From assembly GCA_024275415.1 (NCBI GenBank), contig JAJRZD010000127.1, positions 6,902 to 38,901 on the forward strand: a DNA stretch of 32,000 bases, written 5' to 3'. The stretch is from an archaeon. GTDB taxonomy: Archaea; Asgardarchaeota; Thorarchaeia; Thorarchaeales; Thorarchaeaceae. A program made the position numbers and the translations under genes. Shown one piece after another: positions 16,529 through 24,944 of this stretch. Each line of letters starts with the position of its first letter. The first letter of the stretch is position 1. Below the pieces are notes generated by a model. It saw nothing but the letters and a program-made list of their open reading frames with translations. It did no database searches and was not told the DNA's origin.

Positions 16529-18670
16529 ATGAATGATGTGAAAGACCTGATACCAAAAACTGAGAACCCAGTGATCCTTGACTTGTTCTCAAATGTGCTT
16601 CGGTCAATGGAATTGATACTAGCAGGGAAGTCATCTGACGAAACCGGGCCATTTAACGAGCCAATCGAATTGCTTTCCTACGCACTCGCAAAAAAAGCTT
16701 CATATGATCTTGAAAAATTCACGACAGCGACCTCAACGGACAAGAGGCTTTCCCTCATATTTAGGAACGCTCTTGATGGTGGCTCTGCCGGGAAGATTGT
16801 AGAAAGCTTGATCCTCGGGACTTATGGGTTCGTTCTCGGCTCCTACAATGATGAGGATTTCAGGTATCTCTATCGCTACACTCTGAAGTTGCAAAGGGGA
16901 TCTCGTAAATTTCAGGATTGGATAAAGAGGGCTCTTTGCTTTGTTGTGGCAATCCAGCACTCGTATCCACAGGAGGTTCTTCATCAAATCAGGGAGTGGA
17001 TCAGGTTCCTAGGGGCACCACTCTATCCTCCATCTGATTTCCAAGACCACTGTGCCACATTTGGCATTGACATCGAACCCATACTTTCTGATGACGAATA
17101 TCGCTCGGTGCTGTCGCTGCGTTCCCGTCCTGAATACCTGGAGGAGGCAATCCTAAACCGTCCCTTCGATGAAGTGTACAGATCCCTGAAATCGTGGACG
17201 CCTGATGGACTCCTACGCGATGCTTACAAGATTTCTGAGAAGCGGATGTACGAGAAGTTACAAGACCATATCAACGATGATATGAGCATCGCACAAGTAC
17301 TCGAGGTCTCAGAGCAGTTCTTCAGACAGAAAGGGTTCCAGGTCGATGACTCTACCGCGATTCCTGTGAAGCTTCAAAGGCTCTCCCGACCGCCTCCGCC
17401 AGATGTGATGGATCCTGCAATCTTTGAGCGGATACCACAGAAATTACGTGTCAACCTACTTCCTGCCGTCACATATTCCACCTCGATAAAGGAAGTCGAG
17501 ATTATCTTTCTCGGCGGGCCTAGAATTGGACGAAGTGGTATCCTAATCAAGACCTCAACTGGAGGTGTTCTCCTTGACTATGGTATGTCAGTAGCTAATC
17601 AAATGATTCCGGAATGGGTTCCCGAACTTGAAACCATCGATACGATCTTGGTGTCTCACAGCCACTTGGATCACGTTGGCGGTCTGCCAATTATCTATGA
17701 CACCTTTGAAGGCAAGTGGTGTAGCACAGGCATCACTGGGGCAGTCACAATGAAACTTCTTGAAGATGCCCTGAAAATCGGAACTCCCCTCCCTCCGAGA
17801 AAGACAGACACGCTGGATAGGGTGTCACGCTTTACGAAAGACAATGTAGAGGTGGTTTCTCGAAGCCATGTGACCCTCGAAGTCGGCTCATCCAGCGAGT
17901 TGGCTCCAGGGATACTCGTGACTCCGGTTGACGCATGTCACATCCCCGGCAGTGTGGCATATCTCCTAGACATTGAAGGGCTCAAGATACTGTACACCGG
18001 CGACTTCAACCTCGACCAGTCCGTCCTTTTCCCAGGTGCTTCATTCCCCACTGACCCCGATGTGTTGATCTTCGATGGCACCTATTGGAGTAGGGAGGAC
18101 TTTGATAGGGCTAAGGTCTCTCAACAACTGATGAATATTATCGAGAACTATGGTCCGGTCATCATCCCAACCTTTGCAGTGGGACGCTCTCAAGAAATCC
18201 TGACGATACTTGACAAGCTCGGCATCACGAACACCAGAAACGTGATGGTAGCGGGGATGGCAGAGGCAGTGACCAAGATGACAGGCTTCAAAGGAAAATG
18301 GCATGGACTGAAGAAGAACAAGGTCAATCTGGAAGAGGAGGATGTTCTTGTGGCTGGTGGAGGCATGATGGACGGAGGTTTCGCAAAACACCATTTCGAG
18401 CAGCACCGTGACAATAGTAAGGCAGCGGTCGTCCTCTGTGGATACCTTGCTCCACGAACTGCAGGATGGAATCTTATTCATGGTTATGAACCACATCAAT
18501 GCCATGTGGAATATGCCCGACTAAGCGCTCATTCGTCGGCATCGAGGCTTGGTGACTATATAGGATCCTGTAAAGGAAAGCGGATCATGGTTCATACTCC
18601 AGTTGCTACAACACCGAAGAATCTGACAATCCCACGATTAGAGGAACGGATAAGGCTCAAGGTGCCCTAG
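16529..18670 (+). CDS. beta-CASP metallo-beta-lactamase ribonuclease with about 320-aa N-terminal helical extension
   Basis: LLDYG, HSHLDHVGG, CHIPGS, YTGDF, FAVGRSQE, GGMMDGG, CGYLA..T.G, RLSAHS, VHT. Confidence 0.85.
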   Translation: MNDVKDLIPKTENPVILDLFSNVLRSMELILAGKSSDETGPFNEPIELLSYALAKKASYDLEKFTTATSTDKRLSLIFRNALDGGSAGKIVESLILGTYGFVLGSYNDEDFRYLYRYTLKLQRGSRKFQDWIKRALCFVVAIQHSYPQEVLHQIREWIRFLGAPLYPPSDFQDHCATFGIDIEPILSDDEYRSVLSLRSRPEYLEEAILNRPFDEVYRSLKSWTPDGLLRDAYKISEKRMYEKLQDHINDDMSIAQVLEVSEQFFRQKGFQVDDSTAIPVKLQRLSRPPPPDVMDPAIFERIPQKLRVNLLPAVTYSTSIKEVEIIFLGGPRIGRSGILIKTSTGGVLLDYGMSVANQMIPEWVPELETIDTILVSHSHLDHVGGLPIIYDTFEGKWCSTGITGAVTMKLLEDALKIGTPLPPRKTDTLDRVSRFTKDNVEVVSRSHVTLEVGSSSELAPGILVTPVDACHIPGSVAYLLDIEGLKILYTGDFNLDQSVLFPGASFPTDPDVLIFDGTYWSREDFDRAKVSQQLMNIIENYGPVIIPTFAVGRSQEILTILDKLGITNTRNVMVAGMAEAVTKMTGFKGKWHGLKKNKVNLEEEDVLVAGGGMMDGGFAKHHFEQHRDNSKAAVVLCGYLAPRTAGWNLIHGYEPHQCHVEYARLSAHSSASRLGDYIGSCKGKRIMVHTPVATTPKNLTIPRLEERIRLKVP

Positions 18671-20637
18671 GCTACTATTTCAAGTACACCATCCAAGACG
18701 AGCATTGTAGCAACGAATTTCATGGCTGCAAAGCTTAGCTTCAGCTTCTTCACTATATCCCCCAGTGGAGTTTTTCCATCACAAAGATTCACGAATTTGA
18801 TGACGATTGGGCCGTAAGGTTTCACATGTTTCTCAGGATCTGGCTCTGATATCTTCTTCAGAATGACACTAGTATCCAAATCGACTTGGAAAGTGATCCA
18901 ATCAAACTTCTTCATTATCTGGAGACAGCCGAGAACCTTTTCACGGGGGAGGTCAAGAGAACGCACCAATCCTCCCACAGTCAGTGTGCCATCAATAGCA
19001 GTCTTTACTTCAACAAGAGACCGTCCAACGTCCCTATTGGCAAATGGGAGTCCCCGTCCTGCTTCGCGTGCTCGAACCATATAGTCCAAGCTGATAGGAA
19101 CCAGTGGGATTTCACCGAGTACGTTGAAGACGGATGTTTCAAAGACGGTCATATCCCCATTCCAATCAGCCCAAATTTCATGGAACATATCTTCAATCTC
19201 AACTAGAAGGCCAGCCATCTTCTGACGGTATAATTCTTCTTCATTGTCATTTGTCACGATGAGAGCAAGTACGAAATGCTTTGATTTTTCCACCATGACA
19301 AGATTCCCTTCATGCTCGATGGTTTCCAAGGCATCAGTGGCGTCTGTGGTTCCTTCTGCGGATGGGTCGATTCCACCAAAGGAATCAAGAGCAGAAATCA
19401 GGGATGCTACCGAGTTCACATCAATCATGTTGTCTGAGTAGTCTAGGTGATAGACAACATTGAACATACCATTTTGTTGGATCAGGAGTATCAAGCTTAT
19501 GACTTTGGTTGGCAATTGGATTGGCTCGACTTCAGAAGCTACTGTGCCATCAGAAGAGGACTCGATGGCGGTATCACTGTCGCCTACTTCTGAAGCTAGC
19601 GGGATGCCACTGGGTTCGTGTGAAGAGGGTGCTTCTCGTCCTGTGTCTGACCCGTCCTCCTGATAGGGAACTGTTTCATAACCACTCTGATCATGAGGAG
19701 TCCTAGCAGAATCCATCCCCGCCTTGTCAACATCCTCGGTCTTTCGGCGAACGGTAATCATCTCACTGATTGGTCGATCGGGGAGTTGAACCCCTACGGT
19801 CTTTGCAGCCACTTCCAACATGAAGCGGATGAACTCCTCTCGTCGGGATTTGTTCGTTGCGACCATGGGAAATGTAGGAGCTCCTAGAAGTCGTTTGATC
19901 TTCTCAGCTCTCATTGATTCAGGGAGATCCTGCTTATTTGCCACAATGAACAAGGGGACTGCCGGAGCCTCTTTCTTGATATTCCTGAGAAGCGTCTTGG
20001 TCTGCATCACATTTCGAAAAGAGCTATCAGTGATGAGGAATATCACATCGGTTCCCTGGAAATAGAAGCTCCAGAGGTCTTGAAAGACTGCCTGTCCTGC
20101 AAAGTCCCAGATTGTAACCAAAAAAGTGCCGAACTGAATTGTTTCAGACGAGTCCACTGCAACATTGATTGTAGGCACATACCCACCGGGAGCTGGCTCC
20201 CTCCCAAAAAGGAGGCGAAGCAGAGTACTCTTCCCGACACCACCACTTCCAACGAAGGAAATCTTGAAACGGGTGAAAATGAGCTCACCAAGGATGTCCT
20301 CAATGTTGTCCTTGATATAGCTCATCGAGTTGCCTCTCAGCGCGGTGGCGACACGTGCAGAGCCTTCACGAATCTTGTATTGAATCACACGATCCTCATC
20401 CCGTCCATCAGTGACGAATAGAAGAAGCAGGTCATCACTGACTGGAGCGTGAAATACCTTATGAACCTCGCTCACGAAGACAGGTGTGTCAGGGGACAGA
20501 CCTTCTGTGGTATGTAAGTCGTGGTATCCCCGTAGGAATTCTTGGATGTCCTCCTGCCCGAACTCGATCTTCCAGAACCTTGACCTCACCACAATGTCCC
20601 CAGTTTCAGTTTCTATCAGTATGACATTATGGATCAT
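18667..20637 (-). CDS. Multidomain small GTPase: longin - Ras-superfamily (Arf/Rab-like) G domain - acidic linker - longin - 2x wHTH
   Basis: G1 GSGGVGKST, G2 PTI, G3 WDFAGQ, G4 NKQD; longin-like beta2-alpha-beta3-alpha patterns at the N-terminus and after the linker; two C-terminal DG-x-x-T/P wHTH repeats; SD AGGTGA. Confidence 0.88.
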   Translation of the reverse strand: MIHNVILIETETGDIVVRSRFWKIEFGQEDIQEFLRGYHDLHTTEGLSPDTPVFVSEVHKVFHAPVSDDLLLLFVTDGRDEDRVIQYKIREGSARVATALRGNSMSYIKDNIEDILGELIFTRFKISFVGSGGVGKSTLLRLLFGREPAPGGYVPTINVAVDSSETIQFGTFLVTIWDFAGQAVFQDLWSFYFQGTDVIFLITDSSFRNVMQTKTLLRNIKKEAPAVPLFIVANKQDLPESMRAEKIKRLLGAPTFPMVATNKSRREEFIRFMLEVAAKTVGVQLPDRPISEMITVRRKTEDVDKAGMDSARTPHDQSGYETVPYQEDGSDTGREAPSSHEPSGIPLASEVGDSDTAIESSSDGTVASEVEPIQLPTKVISLILLIQQNGMFNVVYHLDYSDNMIDVNSVASLISALDSFGGIDPSAEGTTDATDALETIEHEGNLVMVEKSKHFVLALIVTNDNEEELYRQKMAGLLVEIEDMFHEIWADWNGDMTVFETSVFNVLGEIPLVPISLDYMVRAREAGRGLPFANRDVGRSLVEVKTAIDGTLTVGGLVRSLDLPREKVLGCLQIMKKFDWITFQVDLDTSVILKKISEPDPEKHVKPYGPIVIKFVNLCDGKTPLGDIVKKLKLSFAAMKFVATMLVLDGVLEIVA

Positions 20638-20754
20638 TCATTGTTCACCTATCTTCTTGGATTCGATTGCGCTCAAAACGTATATTCAACTGTTCTAGTA
20701 AAACTATCCTAATAATCCACAAGATAGACTATGAAGCTTTGGTCGATGTACCTT

Positions 20755-22440
20755 TCACTCCAGGATCACAATTCCTTTTGAATACAGGTCTGAAATCACA
20801 GAAATAAGCACACTCTGCTGAATTCCAACTTCCTCACTAATCTCCATAACCGTGTGTTTCCCGTCCATCATTGCCGTAATCTTATCTATATGTGAATAGA
20901 GTTTACGAAGGGATTCATTGACCTCGCCCACCAGCCTCGGCGTATCAGAAGGGTCTAGGTTCAGCTTCAGACCGATGCAGCCCATTGCCTTGAGAAAGTG
21001 AATTGCTCCCAATGTCATATTGGGACCACTGCCAGATGATAGACGTTGGATCTCAATCGAGCCGTCAAGACTCCCCCAGACAGCCTGTAGGAAATCCCGA
21101 ACCTCCCTCGATTCAAAGCGATTCCAATCGGGCTCGTGTATCCGCACAGGACACATCTTGCCAGGAATCTCTTCTGGCGGGAGTGTTGCAAGGATCTTGA
21201 GCGTGAACGGAGGTGAAGAATATGGATCCTCTGAACTCTCGACGAACTCAGGAGATTCGTCTTTCCAGAGATCCGGAAGGAACGAGAATTGTCGGCGGAG
21301 TGACTCTACATCATCGACGACCCCAGTGACCAGCGTGAAAATCAGGTCATCGACCTCGATAAGGGCATATACCAAATCCTCGACTTGCACTACTGAGGTC
21401 TTGTCAAACTCTGCACTGCCCATCTTAAAAGAGGTCACTGCTGCAACTATGTTGGGAGCTCTACGATGTGCCTCAGCCTTCGGGACGTAATAATACGTGA
21501 ACACAGGGTTACCCGTTGATTTTTTCACAACAAAAAAGGCCTGATGTCCCGTAGGTCCTGCTGGGATAATCGCACTTTCATCTGTTGGTTGTGTGTCAAT
21601 TGAGGCGTCCATGGGCCATCGTTCCAATGCCAGATCAGGATGCATATCAGTCAACCCCATTATCGCCAAGACTGATACCAACAGGTAAGAAGCGTCCTTG
21701 GAAACTGAATCACAGAGTTCGATTTGGAGATCCGTTTCATACCTCCTTGCGTGTTCCAGTTCGTCGTCAGAACCAGGAGCAATAAGGATCGGGACTGAAA
21801 TCTTCGACCTGATACCTTCCACAATCCCCTCAATGACTGACCTGTCAGGTAGAGGCCTCCCAAGAACAAGTATAACTCCTGCGGGATTGTCTTCTACAGC
21901 AATATCTGGGTCAGACACAACTGCTGAGAATGTGTACTTGGCAGCCCTGATATTGTAGGGTCCGATGGCAATATGACCGTGAACCTTCATGTGCTTCTCA
22001 ATATTGCTTAGAGCACCACCGGTGATGTTCTCAAAGGACGGCTCTTTATCCGAGATGAAGACCAGATAGAGACCTCTCCTCAATAGGTCGCCAGCCGTAC
22101 TAGAAAAGGTCTTTCTGATCTCACGCATTCCATGTTCCTTTGCAAGATGAGTGAGGCGCGAAGCCAGCTCCGCCACCTGACGTTTTTCTTCTTCAGAGAA
22201 CAAAGAAGTACTGGATACGACAACAAGGAGAGCCTTACCAGCGACCAAGTGGAGACAGACTCCTCGACCATCTTCTAGTTCGAAGACATGGCCGTTCTCA
22301 AATGCCAGCTCCTGAAGTAGCCCAAAATACGACTCGATAATAGGTTGTATAGGGAAACTCTCTGTGTCATTATCCACAAACGAGACCGATGCCCATGGCT
22401 TAGCACCTACTAAGTCGTATAGTATCGATCTCTCTATCAA
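20755..22440 (-). CDS. Longin - degenerate G domain - longin - 2x wHTH protein (paralogue of 18667..20637)
   Basis: Same domain order; longin HQAFFVVKKSTGNPVFTY..; C-terminal LDGSIEI and MDGKHTVMEISEEVG wHTH repeats; no G1/G3/G4 motifs. Confidence 0.75.
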   Translation of the reverse strand: MIERSILYDLVGAKPWASVSFVDNDTESFPIQPIIESYFGLLQELAFENGHVFELEDGRGVCLHLVAGKALLVVVSSTSLFSEEEKRQVAELASRLTHLAKEHGMREIRKTFSSTAGDLLRRGLYLVFISDKEPSFENITGGALSNIEKHMKVHGHIAIGPYNIRAAKYTFSAVVSDPDIAVEDNPAGVILVLGRPLPDRSVIEGIVEGIRSKISVPILIAPGSDDELEHARRYETDLQIELCDSVSKDASYLLVSVLAIMGLTDMHPDLALERWPMDASIDTQPTDESAIIPAGPTGHQAFFVVKKSTGNPVFTYYYVPKAEAHRRAPNIVAAVTSFKMGSAEFDKTSVVQVEDLVYALIEVDDLIFTLVTGVVDDVESLRRQFSFLPDLWKDESPEFVESSEDPYSSPPFTLKILATLPPEEIPGKMCPVRIHEPDWNRFESREVRDFLQAVWGSLDGSIEIQRLSSGSGPNMTLGAIHFLKAMGCIGLKLNLDPSDTPRLVGEVNESLRKLYSHIDKITAMMDGKHTVMEISEEVGIQQSVLISVISDLYSKGIVILE

Positions 22441-22490
22441 GCTGGCTACCCCGTTGCGCTGCGTTGGTTCTATGAAGACAACACCCTAAA

Positions 22491-23738
22491 TCAACTTTCT
22501 CTTACCTGCTTCCGCAGGAATTCTTCAAAAGTGATATGGCCTCGCATAAAGCGCTGGTAGTTGCTCTGAATCCATTGTACGTCGTATGGCATCTCGTGAC
22601 ATCCTTCACCCGACGCTATCTCCGGCAGATCCGAGATTGCCTCACCGACCGAGATAGGATCCATCCTGTCGTCGTCTTCCCTTTGCGAAGCCGGATCATT
22701 CCTTCGACGGTCTTTGATAGCACTGAACATTGGTCGGGGCGGTTCGAGATAGTCACTAGTCCTGCTAGCAATGATGAATATCCGTCTTCTACGCTGAGGA
22801 ACACCGTACTCTTCGGCTCCCAACTGGAACCACTGAGGCAAATATCCAATCTCTCTGAGAGAGGATAGAATCCTATCTAAAGCTGCGCCCTTGTTTCGAA
22901 TTCGGAGACCTGTCACGTTCTCAATCAACACAAACTCAGGACACAGAGATTCCACCATCCTGAACATAGAGAGTATGAGATTGTTCCGGGGATCCTCTTT
23001 GTCCCATTTTCCAGCCATCGAAAAACCCTGACAAGGAGGACCTCCAGCAAGAAGTTGCAATGTCCGTCCTCCAAGATGCGACTCAACCTGTGCAATGAAT
23101 TCCTCTATTTCATGGGCTTTGCTGAAGTCCACATCAATAACCGTTGTCCCCTCATGGTTTGCAGTATAGGTCGCTCGCATGTGAGGCTCTTTCTCTCCAG
23201 CAATGATGACCTCATGCCCTGACTCTCGAAGCCCGCATGACAATCCACCGGCTCCTGAGAACACATCGACACATAACCCGGGTTTTACAAGTCCACCTAT
23301 AGCACGTGCAAGCAATGGTGGGACTGCATTGCCAATCTGTTTGTACATGGACGAGTTACTTCCTAGGAACCTGTAGTCGTCAGGAAATGACTGCAACCTG
23401 GCTGCCTCCCTGAACGAGATTAGACGGTCCTGAGCTGGGTGGATGAACGTGCCATTGCCGGGGCGATTGAAGTAAGTATTAATCGTATAGCTCGGAAGAT
23501 CAGGCCGGAGTCGTCCATAATAGGTCGTGCGTCCGCCCGTACTACGAATCCGCATGACGCGAGCTGACCTCTGTGCAACAGACAAGGGGATGTCCTGCCA
23601 GTTCCCTCCGGGACGAATTGAGCGCACCATTTGGACATCAAGCTCACTAAGATTAGCCGAAACATGATTGTAGAGCACTGTAGACTCGTTTCTTGTCTTC
23701 TGCGACTTGTTAGTGAGCATCATCATCAGATACCACAC
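22491..23738 (-). CDS. dcm: Circularly permuted DNA (cytosine-5) methyltransferase, M2.Eco31I/Alw26I/Esp3I type; likely start ATG about 23726
   Basis: Order TRD - IX (SFREAARLQSFPD) - X (QIGNAVPP) - I (DVFSGAGG) - IV (GGPPCQGFS) - VI (ENV) - VIII (YGVPQRRRR). Confidence 0.92.
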   Translation of the reverse strand: MWYLMMMLTNKSQKTRNESTVLYNHVSANLSELDVQMVRSIRPGGNWQDIPLSVAQRSARVMRIRSTGGRTTYYGRLRPDLPSYTINTYFNRPGNGTFIHPAQDRLISFREAARLQSFPDDYRFLGSNSSMYKQIGNAVPPLLARAIGGLVKPGLCVDVFSGAGGLSCGLRESGHEVIIAGEKEPHMRATYTANHEGTTVIDVDFSKAHEIEEFIAQVESHLGGRTLQLLAGGPPCQGFSMAGKWDKEDPRNNLILSMFRMVESLCPEFVLIENVTGLRIRNKGAALDRILSSLREIGYLPQWFQLGAEEYGVPQRRRRIFIIASRTSDYLEPPRPMFSAIKDRRRNDPASQREDDDRMDPISVGEAISDLPEIASGEGCHEMPYDVQWIQSNYQRFMRGHITFEEFLRKQVRES

Positions 23739-23818
23739 AACATAGTTTCCTGCATGAAAAGATTTCCTCGATTACTTTCAATGTTACTTAGAGAGAGGAT
23801 TCGACTTTTGATAAGGGG

Positions 23819-24286
23819 TCACAATGAACGCCTAAAGCGATTCATGTCGGGAATGTCAAGAAGGGTATAACCACTCCCATCCCAATGTAAGATACGATAC
23901 TCGGTGCTATGCCCGAGCATTGAGCCGATTATGAATGCTGCAGAAACAGGACAGGCAAGCACAACGGCAAGTGAATGACCTCCAACGCTCTTCCCTACCT
24001 TATGGATCAGGACAGCAGCTCCCTCAGACCATTGTGTGATTTCTGACGGTTTAAGCTGTTTCGGGACTCCAATCTCGCCCACGATACAGTATCCTGCAAG
24101 AGTGACATCTCGCTTTGTGTCATGACTGAAATTGACCACGATCGCAGGGGGACGACTGTCCAAGTCTGAATAGTTGAAAGGAACTAAAACCCCCGTTTTC
24201 AACCGTTTGGCAAGTCCACTGAATCTAGTCTTGAATGTATATATGCTATTCATGATAGAAAGAATGATAGTAATAGCATCAGGCAT
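23819..24286 (-). CDS. Stand-alone SAVED-like (C-terminal lobe) protein A
   Basis: VVNFSHD...LAVVLACPVSAAFIIGSMLGH..YRILHWDGSGY matches the SAVED C-lobe pattern; clear paralogue of 24439..24903. Confidence 0.65.
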   Translation of the reverse strand: MPDAITIILSIMNSIYTFKTRFSGLAKRLKTGVLVPFNYSDLDSRPPAIVVNFSHDTKRDVTLAGYCIVGEIGVPKQLKPSEITQWSEGAAVLIHKVGKSVGGHSLAVVLACPVSAAFIIGSMLGHSTEYRILHWDGSGYTLLDIPDMNRFRRSL

Positions 24287-24438
24287 ATCCCACTAAACTC
24301 CTCATGACAGTGAGATATTCCTTCTCATTAATCTTTTTCTGAACAGCTCACATGGGAATGTGAAGGCGGAAAGTGAAAATCTGTGTCCGGTATCTCCATA
24401 AGGAAGAAAGCTGATTCAGCATTGACGGAGATACACCG

Positions 24439-24903
24439 ATGTCAAATGATCTTGAACAAGAAAAAGAGAAGATAAAGATAGGACATTTGGAAGTAACGGG
24501 TCTCTCATCCCTTGTTACCTCACTTTCCGATGAAAAGGAATCATCAACTCTGTTGGACACCAATGCGGAGGTTGTAATAGGTGTGAGCCTGTCCAGACCA
24601 GTGCTTCAAGATCTCGAAAGAGAAGGATACAGCGTAATTGCTGACATTGGACCTCCTCGTCAGATAGAAATATCAGAAATGACTGGGCTTGCAGAGGACG
24701 TAGCAATCATAATAGACAAGCTGAGAAGGATGGTAAAATGCAAAAGCATTACCTTGGTGTTATCATGTCCCACTGCTGTTGCCTTCATGATTGGCAGCTT
24801 GCTAGGACATCAGTTCACTTATCGCCTGTTGCATTGGGACAATGGATATGTACGTGTGCCAGACTATGGCATCAAACGTTACAGGAAAGAAATCAAAGGA
24901 TAG
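24439..24903 (+). CDS. Stand-alone SAVED-like (C-terminal lobe) protein B
   Basis: VIGVSLSRPV...ITLVLSCPTAVAFMIGSLLGH..YRLLHWDNGY; GGAG SD. Confidence 0.68.
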   Translation: MSNDLEQEKEKIKIGHLEVTGLSSLVTSLSDEKESSTLLDTNAEVVIGVSLSRPVLQDLEREGYSVIADIGPPRQIEISEMTGLAEDVAIIIDKLRRMVKCKSITLVLSCPTAVAFMIGSLLGHQFTYRLLHWDNGYVRVPDYGIKRYRKEIKG

Positions 24904-24944
24904 TAGTAACGTTCACTTCAGAACGAACAGCCAATAGAACGGGA

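Noticed and set aside
24348-24563. 71-aa minus-strand ORF in the SAVED spacer
   Set aside because: Overlaps SAVED-like gene B antisense; low-complexity Ser-rich translation
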